This document shows positions 12,161-24,900 of a stretch of 64,000 bases of DNA, piece after piece. Each line of letters starts with the position of its first letter. Position 1 is the stretch's first letter. The stretch comes from Macrostomum hystrix. Taxonomy: Eukaryota > Animalia > Platyhelminthes. The notes beneath the pieces are model-generated. The model made no database searches, was not told where the DNA came from, and saw only the letters and a list, made by a program, of their open reading frames with translations. Location: positions 5,456,001 through 5,520,000 of the forward strand of contig CATNEN010000003.1 of assembly GCA_950097015.1 (NCBI GenBank). The letters run 5' to 3'. Position numbers and translations under genes: made by a program.

Positions 12161-12712
12161 ATAATTAATACACTATAGCAGTTTCATAAACAATTTATAT
12201 TATATTTTGCACTATGTTCTTTGCGCTGTGTATTTAGTCATGCAGTTGTTAATAAATAAATGACACGCATGAAATGTCATATCGATTTCTACTCTCAGCA
12301 ATAATTAATATTGATTAATTTATCCAACATCTAAATTTATACTCTTCAAATGCTAGACACTTAATGTGCGCACGGAAACACTGTGAAATGAAAAAGGAAA
12401 TAAAAAATGAAAATCAAATACTCGATCAAATTGCTGTATTTTAAACAACAGCAAAAACTGATTAAAGTAAACGCTTGACATTAACAAAATGTTGACAAAA
12501 ATAACAAAAAAACTAAAGTATATCTAGAAGCTCACTAAAAAGACTGCTTGAATATTATTAATAATCTGTCAGTGAAAATAAAAAAAAGTTATTTAGTTAC
12601 AAGAATTTTTTATTGTAGCAAAGTACTTAGTTATTCAGTGTCCTTCGAAGTTGCTCTTCACGTTGTTAGCTCAAAAATGAAGAAAATTAGTATTTGTAAC
12701 ACAGGTTTAGGT

Positions 12713-15700
12713 CTAGGTGTTGGTCTTTCCACTGCCAGCGAAAAAGTTCATCTGTAGATTGCAATTCATGAGATTGTGTTAGACAGGTGAATTCAATATT
12801 AGATGTATTGTAAGGCTGTTCACTGTTTAACTGCTAAAAAATTAATGTTTATCAGTTACTTTGCTCTTTGATTACTTTTCTTAGACACAGTTCACCTGTT
12901 AGACACAGTTCACCTGTTAGACACAGTTCACCTGTTAGACACAGTTCACCTGTTAGACACAGTTCACCTGTTAGACACAGTTCACCTGTTAGACACAATT
13001 CACCTGGTTAACTCACCACGGTGTCGCTCAGCGCATTGAAGCTAGATCGTCTCGATGGCGAGGTCTCTTCGATTGCGCGCTCCTGAACAAAAAGTTGGTT
13101 GAGTTCGAGAAAAGTAATTTATGTGACAATACTACTTTTAATAGAGAGAATTCCTAATTGCTAAATCCTAATTAGCATTTTTTACAAAATGCTAATTATA
13201 CAAGATTGTAAATTTTCTCGTCAAATAACACTTCATATTAGATGCTAGGTGTCCTTAGAGACACGTCAATGATGTTCAGTTTGTGTACCATAGAGGCACC
13301 TCAATGATGTTCAGTTTGTGTACCATAGAGGCACCTCAATGATGTACAGTTTGTGTACCATAGAGGCACCTCAATGATGTACAGTTTGTGTACCATAGAG
13401 GCACCTGAATGATGTGCAGTTTGTGTACCATAGAGGCACCTCAATGATGTACAGTTTGTGTACCATAGAGGCACCTGAATGATGTGCAGTTTGTGTACCA
13501 TAGAGGCACCTCAATGATGTTCAGTTTGTGTACCATAGAGGCACCTCAATGATGTTCAGTTTGTGTACCATAGAGGCACCTGAATGATGTGCAGTTTGTG
13601 TACCATTGAGGCACCTGAATGATGTTCAGTTTGTGTACCATAGAGGCACCTGAATGATGTTCAGTTTGTGTGCCATTGAGGCACCTCAATGATGTGCAGT
13701 TTGTGTACCATAGAGGCACCTGAATGATGTGCAGTTTGTGTACCATTGAGGCACCTGAATGATGTGCAGTTTGTGTACCATAGAGGCACCTGAATGATGT
13801 GCAGTTTGTGTACCATTGAGGCACCTGAATGATGTGCAGTTTGTGTACCATTGAGGCACCTGAATGATGTGCAGTTTGTGTACCATTGAGGCACCTGAAT
13901 GATGTGCAGTTTGTGTACCATTGAGGCACCTGAATGATGTGCAGTTTGTGTACCATAGAGGCACCTCAATGATGTACAGTTTGTGTACCATAGAGGCACC
14001 TCAATGATGTTCAGTTTGTGTACCATAGAGGCACCTCAATGATGTGCAGTTTGTGTACCATAGAGGCACCTCAATGATGTTCAGTTTGTGTACCACAGAG
14101 GCACCTCAATGATGTTCAGTTTGTGTACCATAGAGGCACCTCAATGATGTACAGTTTGTGTACCACAGAGGCACCTCAATGATGTACAGTTTGTGTACCA
14201 TAGAGGCACCTCAATGATGTACAGTTTGTGTACCATAGAGGCACCTCAATGATGTGCAGTTTGTGTACCATAGAGGCACCTCAATGATGTTCAGTTTGTG
14301 TACCATAGAGGCACCTCAATGATGTTCAGTTTGTGTACCATAGAGGCACCTCAATGATGTTCAGTTTGTGTACCACAGAGGCACCTCAATGATGTTCAGT
14401 TTGTGTACCATAGAGGCACCTCAATGATGTACAGTTTGTGTACCACAGAGGCACCTCAATGATGTACAGTTTGTGTACCATAGAGGCACCTCAATGATGT
14501 ACAGTTTGTGTACCACAGAGGCACCTCAATGATGTACAGTTTGTGTACCATAGAGGCACCTCAATGATGTACAGTTTGTGTACCATAGTGGCACCTCAAT
14601 GATGTGCAGTTTGTGTACCATAGAGGCACCTCAATGATGTACAGTTTGTGTACCATAGAGGCACCTGAAATATGTGCAGTTTGTGTACCATAGAGGCACC
14701 TCAATCATGTACAGTTTGTGCACCATTGAGACACATTATTATCGTGTTAATTATTTAATAAAATAGAGGTCCTGCAATATCCGAAAACACGGAAACGTTT
14801 TTGTCCTTGCGTAACTAGCTTTTCTCTCAGAACTGATATTTCTACTTTGCTATTCAAATCAGAATTTGATTAGTCAAATATTCTTATCAAAGTCTGACAT
14901 TTGGCCTACTAATTAAATTTCTGCAGTTTCTAGGAGAAAAACTAGCTATATGTGTTGGTCGTTTTTAGATGCATTGTGCAAATCAAAGATTTTGGTTTGC
15001 AGATTAGCTGCTAAAATGTTTTTTCTCGTTTTTTTTCTTGAGACAACACGCGCTGGTTCACAGTGGAACACATATATAATTAGAAATAAATAACCAGAGT
15101 ACGTAATGAAGAATACATTGAAATTGGTATCTTGAAGTCAGATTCATTTATAAGTTTTATCTATAGTAGTAGGAATTCAAATGTATTTTCTGAACAAAGT
15201 TAAGCTCGTCATTAAATTTATTTATTTATAGATTCCCATTTTCATAGTCCGAAAGGACTTTTAATCTTCATCAGTAGAAAGACCAGTTTCTATTTTATTA
15301 TTTTTATTCAAACGTTGTAGCCTAGTGGTTTGAGCGTCGGACTAATGACTGGAAGGTCGGGGGTTCGATTCCCGGCTCCACTAGAACAATTTGTGTCCTT
15401 TAGCAAGACACTTATCTCTGCAATGCTTCAGATCACCCAGCTGTTAAATGGGCACCAGCATTAGCTGGGATAATTGAGGGTGGGTGTGGCGTCCCCCCAG
15501 TCCATGGACTGATCAGCCGTACGCAGCTTTCAGATGCGCCGCGCAATAGCTGCGGCTGTGCTGTCAGCTACACATCTGGCCCAATTGAGGCTGGTGTAAT
15601 CAATAATAATTATTTTTTACTTCCCGATATATTCAACCAACCATTCGCCTTGAAAATCCAGAACACTTGAAAACTTTTTCTGCTCTATTCGATTATAGCT

Positions 15701-17372
15701 CGAACAAGTTTCAAAACTTTGCGTTCGCCTCTCGCACCAAGGTCCCTGAGCTCGATTCCACGACGAGGCAGCCGTGGTGAGAAGGCTTTGGGGCTTGTCA
15801 TGCAATTTACGTCCTTGAGTGCCAACCTCCAATGTACAGTGAAGTATACACTGCCTGTCGATGAGAAAGTCAGCGCAGATGTACACATCTGTTTGCGTGT
15901 GTGCTCAGGAGTCAGCGGAATGGGCAGAATTGCGCCTCCTCACTGGCAGGGGGTCTAGTGTCATTGCCCGGAGCCCTCCTGCAATTATTACTACTATTAT
16001 TATGCCCAGTATTTCTAAGCTGAGTGAATCGAACCTCAGACCTCTCGATTAGTATTCCGAATCTCTAGCCACTGTGCTACAACCTTCTCAAACAGTGCTC
16101 ATCTCTAGCTAGAAAATAAATAATTCTATCCTCACCGTCAGCGGATTCTGTCCAGAGGGTCGCCTACTGGATGGCTTTGAGCCGGGCGGTGTCGGCGTAG
16201 GGATTCGGCAATAATCTGCCGGGCTGAGATGCGGCGCCAGGGTGTGCGCGCTGCCACCGGAGGCGCCCATGAGGCAGGCGCCGAGATTCGATGAGCCAGA
16301 AGCTGCGACGCTGTTGGCAGCTACGCTGTGACGCCGAGCCGACTGTAGCGCAGTCGGCAGCGACAGAGTGAAGCTGCGGTTCGCGTCCTCCTGTAAACGA
16401 TAGGGTTGGTTAGTTCTTGACGAACTTCCCGCTCGAATGGGTTCGAAGGGGTCAGGAAAGAACCCAAATCAACTTCAAAATCTTAGCACTTATAGCTCAG
16501 TAGAACTAGATGGAGACATTACGAGGTCAGATGTCCTCTTCATCTACGGCACTCTTTTATAGTTGTTGATATAAGATATGAATGCTTATTTGACGAGAAA
16601 ATGTTGCATGCTTGGTAGCAAAATGCACCAACACTTAAGAGACGAAAAATTAAAAAAGGGCATGTGTTAACAAGTGTCTTAATTAATAGAAAACGTTTGG
16701 TTTTAAAGCTTCAGTTAGGACCAAATTCTTGATTTGAATCATGACAGAAAACAAGTGAGTATATCGAGTTTTTTTTTTCATTTGTGCTGTCGAATATTAA
16801 ACAACAAGGGGTGTGATTCTGCGTATCAATATCGATTTAAGCAAGCGCTTTAAAAGGAAATTTTTCAGCCGAAGGACATAGGCATCAAATTAAATAAGCT
16901 TATTGTTTTCTTTAAGAAAATGTAGCGCGCATCATGTTTCTCGAAGCAGATGCGACGAAAAAATTGTCTTCTTTGTTTTGTAGAAGATCCCTCTGCTACA
17001 ATCAAGAGCCTCATTATTGCAACCAGCGTCCTCAAATGTGCATCTCATCGGTTGGGGAATTTCAAAGGCTGCCTACAGCATGTAAGGATTTTTTCGCAAT
17101 AATCACGGCTCGTTTTCAGTTGGACCTGGTACTAATAGATTTGCTCACAAGAAATGTGAACCTGGTTACAATTTTGCGCAAAAAAGCTGCCACAGAGAGA
17201 CAACAGCGCGCAGGCGCAGTGGCACAGACAAACACAAATTAGCAAGTTATAAATTGAGGAAACCAATTGACTGGCCACAGGCCCCTGCATTCCTACATCA
17301 AACTGGGCCGGCTCTTGAGTCAGTATGCTAATGCCCGCGTGAAAATTCTGGTGCGGGAAGTGAAAGTGATGG

Positions 17373-17413
<41 letters not shown>

Positions 17414-20400
17414 ATTATAATTATTATGATGGTGGTGATGCTGCATTGGATGCAAATAGAAATCGTGCGACTCTGACATCGCCGTCGTTGACGGTGCCAT
17501 CAAGCCATTGACATCTCCGCATCCATCATCGCAATCGCCACCACCATCAGCGCCGTCGCGACTGCTGTGAGCAACGATGACTGGCACCGACCGCGAGTGC
17601 TGCGGTGGTAGAAAGCAGCGTCGACTACGCCGGCTGTTCCATCCTTGCCGCGTCGGAGACCCAGAAGTCGGCGGAGCCAGTGTGTTGCCAGTCGAATGCG
17701 GTGTTGGGCCTTTCGGGCAAGACTAGAAATCACAACGATTGGCTTCGAGATAAATTGGAACGATCTAATGTTGCTTGAAAGTAAATGGTACATTAAAAAC
17801 TTGTCACGCCTTGAATCGTTAAACGAGTTAAACGGAGACCCGATGTCTAGCCTTTGATGAGTCTGAGGAAAAATGCAATTTTCTAGCAAACATCAACGTC
17901 ACAATGTTATACGCTTGTACCTTTACTGTATAACACTATATTTACGAGCTAAATGCTAGTGAGACAACAAATGCGATATTCGTTAGTTTTCTACTTTATC
18001 TAAAAGTGCGTTGTAGGGGATATTAGTATTCTTCAAGAAAAGTTTTTTATTATTTTAATTTTATCGAATGGTGCCGCATGATGCAAGTCTATTATGCAGT
18101 ATCTGATAAAATATGCAAGCCTATTTAAAAGTTGGAAGTGATACAGTGTGAAATTGTGCTATAGTAATGGTTCAAATTGAAACATTGCAGCTGCATGTAA
18201 TCCTCTGTGCTTAACTTTATGTTGAGTGTCGTGTTTTGTTAATTTACATATTCGTTAACTGTTGATAGAGAATTTAATAATTGAAGTGTTTTTACTTTTT
18301 GTTTAACTACGTACTTTGGAGAAGCCTCCAAGCTTTCGAAAAAAATTATTTCACAGAAACTTTGCTAAAAATGTATCGCACGAGAGTCGTTAAACTCGAA
18401 AATCGAGTAGGATCATCATAATCATCGTATTGCCAAACGAACCAACGAACCATTGCAAAATGGAATGTTAAACTCTCGATCGATACTAGTTTGTTTGATT
18501 GTAGCCTTTCATAGTATCGACACCCGTATAGCAGATCTTGGAGTCTGTTGTGAACAGAAATAACACTTCAGATGATTGTAGCCCCAACCTAACTCTGAAT
18601 TTGTAAGCCTATAGGATAAAATTCTGGCAGTTAATCTACTCGTATTCTGTTAAAATAATTTGACTAATTAATAAAAAATGGTTAACGATTGAAGTTTTTG
18701 CATACGTAAATTATTCTATTGTTCTAGTAAAAAAACTCAAATTTACTCATCGTGCGTCTCAAATAAAATGAAATTGACGAAATAAAAGGGTTTGAAAAAT
18801 TGACTTTGTCACGTAAATTCTTCTTATTGTTGACTTAAACAAACTTTCTCAGAGGGGTTTAAGTCATCACTAGGAACAAACTAGGATTTTTCGTCCCAAT
18901 CAGAAGCGATGAGTTTTTACACTGCAGCATATGAAGTCAGAAACTGTTGGCAATGACAACAGCACAACGGAGAAAAGAAGTTTCAATTAAAAATCAAATC
19001 TAATCTAAAGACTCAGTTGCTATGCTAAGTTTAACTCACATGCAGTTTTCTTAATCTGAATTTTTTAATTTTAAATTAATAAAACGAGTTACAATAAAAA
19101 GCCGACCATTTTCCAGTTCCAAATTAAAAAATTTTATCTCCTTTTCTAAATTTTCTGCTGAAAACTGCAGAAAACTGCACAAAAAACTGCAGGGTCAGTG
19201 GCAGAGCGGTTAACGCGTTTGCCTCTCGCGCAAAGGTCCCTGAGCTCGATTCTAGGCCACATTCATTTGGGGCGCAGCCGCGGAGAGAAGGCTTTAGGGA
19301 TTGTCGTGCAATTTACGCCTTTGAGGGCCAACCTCAAAGGCACAGGGAAAGTGTACACTGCCTGACGATGAGAAAGTCAGGGCAGATGTACACACCTGTG
19401 TGAGCGAGTGCCTGCGTACATTATCTGTTTGCGTGTGAGTTCAGGAATCAGCGAAATTGGTGGAATCGCCTCCTCGATGGCTGCGGGTCCTTTGTCACTA
19501 AATTATTTGCCATTGCCCGCAGCCCTCCTGCAACTGCTATTATTATTATTAACAAAAAATGAAGTCGTGTTTCGTATTTTATTTCAAATTTATCCAAAAC
19601 TGTATCTTGATTTTCGTTACAATGGCTAAATATTACGAACTGCTTGCCATTAGATAAAAATCTAGTTTGAGCATTGAACTCACAGCTGACACTCCAGTAG
19701 CTCCGCAGATGTCAACCGCCGATCCCTTGCGCGGACTTGTTCGCAAGTTGAATGACGGACTACTGCCTGTTTTGCTGATGCGCCGAATGTTGGACTCGCT
19801 CGTACCTGCTGAGGAACAGACAGAATAGGAGCATGAGGTATCAACAACAATGTATTGAATTCGAGAGAAGCAGTTATCATGGTGAAGCACAAATGGAACT
19901 GACAGAACGTGATGCTTCTACGATTCTACGGGTCTGATTGGCAATCTCTTTTCTGCTGAATAGGGCCATTGTGATCAGCAGCACAAAAAGATATTGCAGC
20001 AACCCAAAAGAATTTGTTTGCTCTGAAACGTGACTTTGATACTGAGAAAAATGAAAAACATTCCGATGCTATTGAAGATTTTTCAACGTGTCTATCAAAA
20101 TCTAGACATTGTTTTGGCAAAAAAGATCAAAAATGCTAGTTTTTACGTGAACCAACGACGATACAAGACTATAAAGTATTATAGAAGTTTAAGAAACTAT
20201 AAAATCATGAAAGGCATTTGAGTTTTAGATTTCCTTGAGTTTTTAATATTCGATATGCATATCTTTCGAAAAAATTCTCACTGCATATCCTCGACGCACG
20301 AGTTTTTGTATCCTGATGTTTATTCATGAAGGAATGATCTAATTGGTTCCTTACAATTCTGATAGACCCATCTCATTGGATTGAGCCCGTGGCTTCTTTA

Positions 20401-21923
20401 CAGGCTCATGATGCTACATATTTTGCAAATGGCGTCGGTGAGATAGGTTCTCTCGCTTTCCACATAACTTCGCATTCGGTCTTCACTTAATTAGTTAGCA
20501 AAACACAGTTCAAGACGCCAAGGAACCCAACAGTGACCAAGCTAGTATGAGGCTCGAGACAGCTGTCGCACTTGTTGTAGCCTGTGCAATTTGTCATCAG
20601 GTTGGACTCGCTCGAGCCGCAGATGCGAAAGCTATATCTGAGGTGGAAAAGTCCGATGACAAAAGGTTTGTACAGCCCGGAACCTACGACTGGAAGAAGC
20701 GCTTTGTACAGCCCGGAACCTACGACTGGAAGAAGCGCTTTGTACAGCCCGGAACCTACGACTGGAAGAAGCGCTTTGTACAGCCCGGAACCTACGACTG
20801 GAAAAAGCGCTTTGTACAGCCCGGAACCTACGACTGGAAGAAGCGCTTTGTACAGCCCGGAACCTACGACTGGAAGAAGCGCTTTGTACAGCCCGGAACC
20901 TACGACTGGAAGAAGCGCTTTGTACAGCCCGGAACCTACGACTGGAAGAAGCGCTTTGTACAGCCCGGAACCTACGACTGGAAGAAGCGCTTTGTACAGC
21001 CCGGAACCTACGACTGGAAGAAGCGCTTTGTACAGCCCGGAACCTACGACTGGAAGAAGCGCTTTGTACAGCCCGGAACCTACGACTGGAAGAAGCGCTT
21101 TGTACAGCCCGGAACCTACGACTGGAAGAAGCGCTTTGTACAGCCCGGAACCTACGACTGGAAAAAGCGCCTTGTCTAACCTGATAGCAATTAATAAGCA
21201 AGTCGCCTTTGAGATTGACCCACTATATTAGTCGGAAAAGTGTTTCGGTTGTACTTGGTATCAGCAAGTGAAATGACTACAACAAAGAGGAAAAAATAAA
21301 GACTTTCCCTACAAACTATCTGAACAGCTTTTCTGTCCATTTCCCAATAATCAGAAGCATGCTCTGCATTAGAAAAGTGTGTCAATTACACAAAATCAAC
21401 AAGCCCTTTAATTAAACGTTGACTTCTGAAACGGAACGGAACTCTGAAGCACTTCTTCGCTTTTCAATACACGGGTTGCAAAATCTTAGTTCATCATAGT
21501 CTAAACGCGTATTAAAATATGCAATCGTGCGTAAAGCCGCTACAAGAGTATTAGGTCAGGTACGCTCGTATCAACTTTCCAAAGCAATAAGGCAATCACC
21601 TAAGCCTATCATGAAAAGGCTTATAAACTTGCAAGAATGCAATTAGAAACAGCGGGAGCTAATAGAGGTGAGAGCTTCCACAAAAAGTCCATCTATATGG
21701 TAGCATTGATTTTGTCCTTAAGGACCTTCTCAAATATGCTCTCAACAGGCATTCTCTCCACGGCCGCAGAGTGTTGGCCACATTCACTAAACGAACTGCA
21801 TGCTTGCTACAGAGTCTAGGCATCGTGCTAATAGACGGTCGAGTTTTTGTCTCCTTACTCAGCTCATTCTCGATACACCTGAGTGGTCTATGCTCCTGCT
21901 GCTGCTGCTGCTGCTGCTGCTAT

Positions 21924-21966
<43 letters not shown>

Positions 21967-24900
21967 ATATAGCTAGCTAATCGCCTTCCTTTCAATCCTC
22001 ACTACAACCTTTCTCACGCTTCACTTCAAACCCAGCGCTAAGCAATGGAACAGTTTTTTTTCAACGAGTGTCAAACGGATTCTACATGCATTCATAATGG
22101 AAAATTGATTGAAACTCAAAGTCGCGAGCGAGAACACCCGGGGTACAGGGAATAAAGGAATATTTTACTAATAGGCCCTAGCTCCATGAGTACTATGACG
22201 AGAAGGGATAAAAGCAACAATGAAATAATCACACAAACAATCGATAGCTTCTATGTCTATTAAGAAATATTGCATTGAGCAGATGACTTCTCAATATTGG
22301 ATTAAAAAAATTTCAATTTCACAGTCACACCAAGTATTGGCTTTCTCACATCATTGGGCTGTGTCGCTTGTCTATTAATCTAAAGCTTTTTCTTATGAAA
22401 TCTAAATTATGCCTAATAAAAATTGGAATCCCTTAGCTACAGTTAATCAGAATCAGACTACTGATAAAATCTAAATTGGGTATCCTCATATCAATATTGA
22501 CGTAGTCGATCCGAGATCTACGTCTAAATATTACTTTCTTCATTATTGTAAGATATTTCAGAGGCAAAACTACAGGAACACAGGAGAGGCAATTTGAGTT
22601 TAGTTTGGTTTTGTGTCGTAAAAGTGCGAGCTAGATGAAAACCCTGTACTTGTTTAGTTCAAGACTATCACTCAATTTAATAGACCACTTAATAGTTCTA
22701 CTTTTATCCAGCATTGAATAGATAAGTATGCTTTTAATGTAAGAAAATGACACTTAAAAGGTTGGAATTGGATAATAGACTCGGGGAACAATTAAAAAAG
22801 GGAAATTTTTTCCAGCTAAGAAGCTTTGAACAGTCAATTAGACTTCTAGCTGTCATACGGATATTCAATATTAAAGTTGGTAGAAAATTTGAAAAACGTA
22901 GAAAGCGTTACAATAATTAGTAGACTTAATAAAAATCGTATCTTTGTTTAAAACTATCCAGCCAAACCAGTAAAAGGCATATCATGGAGGTATGTATAAA
23001 ATGCAGCTCTACCCTGCCATGGCAGTTTTCGATTTGCTCTTTTATTTCCAGATTGTTTTTTGATTGGCTATTAAATGCCATAGATATATAATTATCGTTC
23101 GCTGTCGTACAACCCGTTAATATGTTGATAAGGACGTCGAAACGAATGAAAAGCAACGTTTATGTCTATGGCATTTATTAGTCAACAGCACACTATTCTA
23201 ATCGTTCTACCTTGGACAATTAATAAGAATGTTTATTACACCTGCCCCTATAGGGTAAGATGTGCAGCCGACAGCACAGCCGCAGCTATTGCGCGGCGCA
23301 TCTGAAGGCTGCGTACGGCTGTTCAGTCCATGGACTAGAATGGGGGACGACACACTTACCCTCAATTACCTCAGCTGATCCTGGTATACATTTCACAGCT
23401 GGGTGAACTGAGCAAAGTTGAATGTCTTGCGATGGATATAGGACACGAATTTTGCATAGAAGTCAGGAATCGAACCCCCGACGTTCAAGTCGTGATTCTG
23501 ACTCTCTAATTACAAGGCTTAAAGCTCATAAACTACGCCCGCGGACAACAATCGCACAAAAGATGCGTACGCAGACAGACAGACACCGATTTTTAGTGAA
23601 GATGTTACGACAACAAAGCCAACAACATAGCGTGGCCCATTCCAACAATAAATAAATTATTATTAACCAGAAGCTGCTGACGCTCCAGACACAGACGAGC
23701 CCCCGTCATCGCACAGCCTGCTGGGACTGGCGCTGCCGTGACTAGTCCGCCTAACAACTGTCACGCTGTCGTACGAAGTCTGCCGAGTCAGCGACATTCG
23801 CCTAGCCGTGGAGTCGCGATAGCGCGATATCGCATTGGAAATGTCCGATGTCTTGCTGGCCTCCAGCAGCCTCGAGATGGCTTCCACGCGCTTGTTTGGA
23901 GGTACGCTGGACAAGTCTGAGTAGATTATTTGCCGATCTTGTTTTTTTAACCAGTAAGAGTCAATAGAAAAGTTGTAAGGTGTAAAAATATTTATTTGAG
24001 CTCCTGGTTAACTATATAAGTCCATGAGTTCGAATCCCTGCTAGGTGGAGGCCATACACATTCATTTGGCCGCAATGGCTAAGATAATGAGGCTTGGGGG
24101 CTTGTCGTACAGTTTACTGCCACAATGGCCGAACCTTCAAGGGGTTTGGAAATTTACGGAAATCATGGACTTTGGAGCGCGACGCGACACTTTTGTACGA
24201 AGTTAATTTTTTCCCACGCCGATTCAGTCCAATTCATGCTGCAGCACAAAAGATTTACTGCAACGGATTTTTTCCGGTATAGAAATTTGTGTCGCTCATA
24301 AATAAACGATTGATATATATAAACTCGGCCCTACAATCCTCTTTTGCGGCTTATCCCCAAAAGTGTCAATATAATATGCTCACATTTCTTATCGCTTTTC
24401 ATCCTGAGCGGACAGGAGAGTAAACAGGGGAAGGATTCGAAAGGATTTTATATAATTTTTTTCTGAGAGTGGCTTAAGCAACATTCTTCACTAGGGATTT
24501 TAAAGGGTAGCGTATAATAAGTCCTTTTATCATCGAATTGTGATAGGATGCACTTAGTCTGATCTCGACGTTTGGGATATCATTCAAATTGATAAAATTG
24601 TATGATTTAAACAAAATAACAGCAAAATTGCACGGCCAGATATCTAGCCAATCAAATGTGTTTCATTTCCAAAATTCAAGGTCGCCCCGGAGGAAACAGT
24701 GCCTAGCGAGGTAGCCGTGGCCCGTGAGGGTCATGGCGAGGGCGCGGATATCCTTCCGGTTTTGGTTCAAAGGGATATTCCTAAGCCTGCGAGACGGGCG
24801 CGGAACTGCGGCACGAGATTGCCGACAGTTCTGGGTGCCCGCCCATCTGTCCCTGTGGAGGGACTCAGCCCAGTCATCATAGAGGCGGTTGATGACCGTG

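Noticed and set aside
13266-14735. 35-bp repeat resembling a CRISPR array
   Set aside because: Units are contiguous with no unique spacers, no cas genes, and it lies in a eukaryotic intron.
20584-21231. Alternative frames of the 36-bp repeat (SALYSPEPTTGR on +, SSSRRFRAVQSA on -)
   Set aside because: No ATG plus signal peptide, and the only variant base is synonymous in the FVQPGTYDWKKR frame but changes the residue in these frames.
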